Positions 30,653 through 32,994 of a DNA stretch of 32,994 nucleotides are shown here, piece after piece. Made by a program: the position numbers and the translations under genes. Source of the DNA: Gaiellales bacterium (GTDB lineage Bacteria > Actinomycetota > Thermoleophilia > Gaiellales > F1-60-MAGs149). The notes under the pieces were generated by a model. The model did not search any database. It worked only from the letters and a program-made list of their open reading frames with translations, and had not been told where the DNA came from. Within the stretch, counting starts at the first letter, position 1. The number at the start of each line of letters is the position of its first letter. The stretch lies in contig JBPCSR010000174.1 of assembly GCA_051006935.1 (NCBI GenBank), positions 1 through 32,994 of the forward strand, in the 5' to 3' direction.

Positions 30653-31659
30653 GTCGCCTCCACGCCCAGTCCGGGCTTCGCCGAGACCGTGACGACCCCA
30701 TCCTCGAAGCCGAGGCCGCGGAACGGCCCGTCGTCGATCAGGAGGTGGCCGTCGAGGTCCACGTGGTCGCAGAGCGAGGCGATCTGCGCGCCCTGCGCGA
30801 TGCCCAGCTCCGATTCGATCATGCAGCCGATCATCACGGCGAGGCCGTGGGCGCGGGCCGCGCGCGCCACCGAGAACCCGCCGCGGATGCCGCCGGTCTT
30901 CGAGATCTTGATGTTCACCCCGTCGCCGAGCGTCGCGCAGTGCGGCACGTCGTGCGCGTCCTGACAGGACTCGTCGAGGATCACCGGCAGCCGCGCGTCG
31001 AGCTCGCGATAGGCGCGGTATGCGTCGACGTCGTCGCGGTGGAAGGGCTGCTCGACGAACTCGATGCCGAGACGGACCAGGTCGGGCGTGATCGCGCGCG
31101 CGATGTCGATGTCCCATCCCTCGTTGCCGTCGATGCGGATCGGGCCGTCGAAGCCCGCGCGCACGGCCTCGAGGCGCTCGAGGTCTGCCGCGCCGCCCAC
31201 CTTGACCTTGAGCACGCGGTACCCCGCGGCGCGGCGCACCTTGTCCGCCGTGCCCTCGACGGTGTCGATGCCGATCGTGAACGAGGTCGGCGGGCTGGTC
31301 GGGTCGAGTCCCAGCACGCGCCACGTGGGCTGGCCGAGGCGCTTGCCGATCCAGTCGTGCAGCGCGCCGTCGACGGCCATGCGGGTCCCGCCCATCAGCC
31401 CCTCCGACCGCAGGCGGCGCAGGACGGCCTCGAGCGCGAACGGATCGTCGCCGAGCAGCTCCGGACCGAGGCGCTCGGCCTCGGCGAGCATGGCCTCGGT
31501 GGTCTCGCCGTGATAGTCGACCGGTGCGCCCTCGCCGATGCCGACGAGGCCGTCGTGCTCCAGCTCGACGATCAGCACGGGCTCGTGCGTCGACACGCCA
31601 CGGGCGATCTCGAAGGGCTCGTGCAGCGTGAGGTTCTCGATGCGGGCGCGGATCTCCAT
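30649..31659 (-). CDS. Enolase-superfamily dipeptide epimerase (L-Ala-D/L-Glu epimerase family / N-acyl amino acid racemase-like)
   Basis: 336 aa. KVKVGG (KxK), IRIDGNEGW, FVEQP, ILDES, NIKISKTGG and MIGCMIESELG motifs in canonical order. Confidence 0.88.
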   Translation of the reverse strand: MEIRARIENLTLHEPFEIARGVSTHEPVLIVELEHDGLVGIGEGAPVDYHGETTEAMLAEAERLGPELLGDDPFALEAVLRRLRSEGLMGGTRMAVDGALHDWIGKRLGQPTWRVLGLDPTSPPTSFTIGIDTVEGTADKVRRAAGYRVLKVKVGGAADLERLEAVRAGFDGPIRIDGNEGWDIDIARAITPDLVRLGIEFVEQPFHRDDVDAYRAYRELDARLPVILDESCQDAHDVPHCATLGDGVNIKISKTGGIRGGFSVARAARAHGLAVMIGCMIESELGIAQGAQIASLCDHVDLDGHLLIDDGPFRGLGFEDGVVTVSAKPGLGVEAT

Positions 31660-31665
31660 GGCGGC

Positions 31666-31671
31666 AATCTA
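31666..31671 (-). promoter_or_regulatory. -10 element TAGATT, 6 nt upstream of the epimerase ATG (leaderless arrangement)
   Basis: The minus strand reads GACGTAGATT-GCCGCC-ATG. Confidence 0.55.
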
Positions 31672-31698
31672 CGTCACGGGCACGATCCGGGCGTCCGC

Positions 31699-31704
31699 TA
31701 TCCT
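31699..31704 (+). promoter_or_regulatory. -10-like TATCCT upstream of tRNA-Arg
   Basis: The hexamer ends 11 nt before the mature tRNA 5' end. It is divergent from the epimerase promoter. Confidence 0.35.
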
Positions 31705-31715
31705 CCCCGTCGCCC

Positions 31716-31788
31716 GCCCCCGTAGCTCAGTGGATAGAGCACAGCCCTCCGAAGGCTGGGGTCAGACGTTCAAATCGTCTCGGGGGCA
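31716..31788 (+). tRNA. tRNA-Arg (anticodon CCG)
   Basis: Hand-folded cloverleaf. Acceptor GCCCCCG/CGGGGGC, D-arm GCTC-AGTGGATA-GAGC, anticodon arm CAGCC-CTCCGAA-GGCTG, 5-nt variable loop, T-arm AGACG-TTCAAAT-CGTCT, discriminator A. CCA is not encoded. Confidence 0.93.
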
Positions 31789-32628
31789 TCATCGCCGTGG
31801 CTGGCGCGCCAGCGGGTGCGCCAGCAGATGCACGCTGGCGAGCCCCCGCCACGGCGCGTAGGGCGCGAGCAGCTCCGCGGTGTCCTCGGCCGTCGCCGCG
31901 CGCCCGTGCACGGCGGCCGCGAGCCGCATCAGGCCGAGGTCGCCGACGAGGCCGTGGTCGCGCCATCCGTAGCCGTGCAGGCCGATCACGCCGATCGACC
32001 ACGGCCCCACCTGGCTCTCGCGCGCGAGGCGGCTGGCGACGCGGGTGGCCTCCAACGTGCGCAGGCGCTCGAGGTCGATCCCGCGCAGCAGGCGCATCAG
32101 CGCGTCGGCACGTCGCTGGGCGAGGCCGCACGCCACGAGGCGCGCGGTGCCGAGGTCGAGGATCTGCTGCGCGGTCGGAGAGGGGACGAGGCCGCCGCGT
32201 GGCCCGGGGACGGCGAGCCGCACGATCCGGCGCTCGATCGCCTGCGCCTCGCGGAAGGTGATCAGCTGCCCGGCGAAGGCCTGCAGGGCCGCGTGCGCGA
32301 CCGTGCCGGTGCGCAGCGCGCGCAGGCCGGGCGCTCGCCGGACCAGCGGTCCGAGCAGCGCGTCCTCGCGCACCCGGTCGATGAACGCCCCGATCGGCGC
32401 GTCGCAGTCGAGCCGGAAGCGCAGGTCCCGTTCCACCTCCGCACCGCCGTGGCCCTCGATCTCCACGAGCAGGGCGCGGTCGGGCCGCTGGCGCACCCGG
32501 GCCACCACGCCACCGCGCAGCGCGAGCTCGACGCGATCGCCGACGACGCGCCGCGTGATGCGATCACCGCCGCGCGCAGAGCGCAGGAGGTCGTAGGGCG
32601 CGGCGGGTTCGATCACCAGGTCGGGCAT
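31789..32628 (-). CDS. HhH-GPD DNA glycosylase, AlkA-like (DNA-3-methyladenine glycosylase II family)
   Basis: 279 aa. The C-terminal half has a helix-hairpin-helix region and GPWSIGVIGLHGYGWRDHGLVGDLGLM with the conserved catalytic-position Asp. Confidence 0.7.
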   Translation of the reverse strand: MPDLVIEPAAPYDLLRSARGGDRITRRVVGDRVELALRGGVVARVRQRPDRALLVEIEGHGGAEVERDLRFRLDCDAPIGAFIDRVREDALLGPLVRRAPGLRALRTGTVAHAALQAFAGQLITFREAQAIERRIVRLAVPGPRGGLVPSPTAQQILDLGTARLVACGLAQRRADALMRLLRGIDLERLRTLEATRVASRLARESQVGPWSIGVIGLHGYGWRDHGLVGDLGLMRLAAAVHGRAATAEDTAELLAPYAPWRGLASVHLLAHPLARQPRR

Positions 32629-32634
32629 GCCCCG

Positions 32635-32640
32635 ACGCTA
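32635..32640 (-). promoter_or_regulatory. -10 element TAGCGT, 6 nt upstream of the AlkA-like ATG (leaderless arrangement)
   Basis: The minus strand reads TTGATAGCGT-CGGGGC-ATG. The hexamer lies immediately downstream of the upstream ORF's stop codon (32643-32641). Confidence 0.45.
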
Positions 32641-32994
32641 TCAACCGCCATCGGCGAGTGGGAGCGCGACGCCAGTGCCGGCCTCGACCGGCAGGTCGGG
32701 CGTCGCCGCGTCCGCCACCGGCAGCGACGGCGCGATCTCAGCGCCCGTCGGCGGAGCGGATGGCGCAGTCGCGACCGGCGTCGCGACCGTCGCCGCGGTC
32801 TCCACGGCCGTCGCCGTCGCATCGACGCCGCCGTCGTCGACCGCCGACTGCGCGTCCCGCGCACGCACGGGACGCTGCCGATGCCGGGGCGGCGCGACGG
32901 CGGTCGGCGCCGGCAGCACCAGCGGATGGGCGGCGTCGGCCAGCAGCACGTCGTCGGCGGCCGGCGCAGCGGGGGCGATCACCCCCGCCCCGCC
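32641..32994 (-). CDS. Ala/Pro/Thr-rich low-complexity protein, C-terminal part only (frame open to window end)
   Basis: The reading frame stays open from 32982 to the window edge. Composition is low-complexity, so coding status is uncertain. Confidence 0.3.
   Translation of the reverse strand, partial: GGAGVIAPAAPAADDVLLADAAHPLVLPAPTAVAPPRHRQRPVRARDAQSAVDDGGVDATATAVETAATVATPVATAPSAPPTGAEIAPSLPVADAATPDLPVEAGTGVALPLADGG

Noticed and set aside
31789-32994. A possible integrated element next to tRNA-Arg.
   Set aside because: No integrase or recombinase, no visible repeat of the tRNA 3' end, and the adjacent gene is an ordinary DNA-repair glycosylase with native-looking codon usage.

Overview
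This is a very GC-rich bacterial chromosomal window; third codon positions are almost all G/C. Gene order resembles Actinomycetota core synteny (cinA-recA-recX-rny-miaB-miaA...dapF-hflX, then a group-2-like sigma factor and an SOS-box LysM gene). I infer a deep-branching high-GC actinobacterium; that is not proven. I support 36 protein-coding genes and one tRNA-Arg(CCG). (1) nt 1-12897, + strand: 13 tightly packed or overlapping housekeeping genes (cinA, recA, recX, rny, miaB, miaA, dapD, dapE, dapF, a DapL/DapC-like aminotransferase, hflX, dut, NUDIX). (2) nt 12894-17140, - strand: gatD, murT, an MFS transporter and ctaB, packed with overlapping or nearly abutting stops and starts. (3) nt 17602-21543, - strand: ctaC-ctaD-ctaE plus an unassigned 5-TM protein. 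(4) nt 21742-24728: small membrane proteins, a divergent enolase-superfamily protein, and a Phd/YefM-VapC toxin-antitoxin pair. (5) nt 24836-32628: an LpdA-like flavoprotein lacking the redox disulfide, then on the - strand VanW, a sigma factor, a TM+LysM protein, a DUF1611 protein and a dipeptide-epimerase homologue, followed by tRNA-Arg and an AlkA-like glycosylase. I found no rRNA, CRISPR array, transposase, integrase or recognisable defence island beyond VapBC. The many 400-860 aa ORFs opposite these genes are high-GC shadow ORFs. Main observations: (a) two perfect LexA (Cheo) boxes embedded in a clear promoter for the TM+LysM protein (YneA/ChiZ-like SOS division-inhibitor candidate), not next to lexA, while recA shows no such box; (b) a repeated TAnnnT-N6/7-start-codon arrangement at most operon-first genes, implying widespread leaderless transcription; (c) an overlapping DUF1611/epimerase pair (DgcN/DgcA-like) directly upstream of the SOS gene, in a run of cell-wall genes; (d) ctaB-MFS-murT-gatD tightly packed, with stop/start overlaps at the MFS/murT and murT/gatD junctions; (e) unusual cytochrome oxidase features and a shared 11-mer upstream of ctaB and ctaC; (f) an isolated AT-rich perfect palindrome. 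I do not see an obviously new multi-gene system. All functional links are hypotheses made without database searches.
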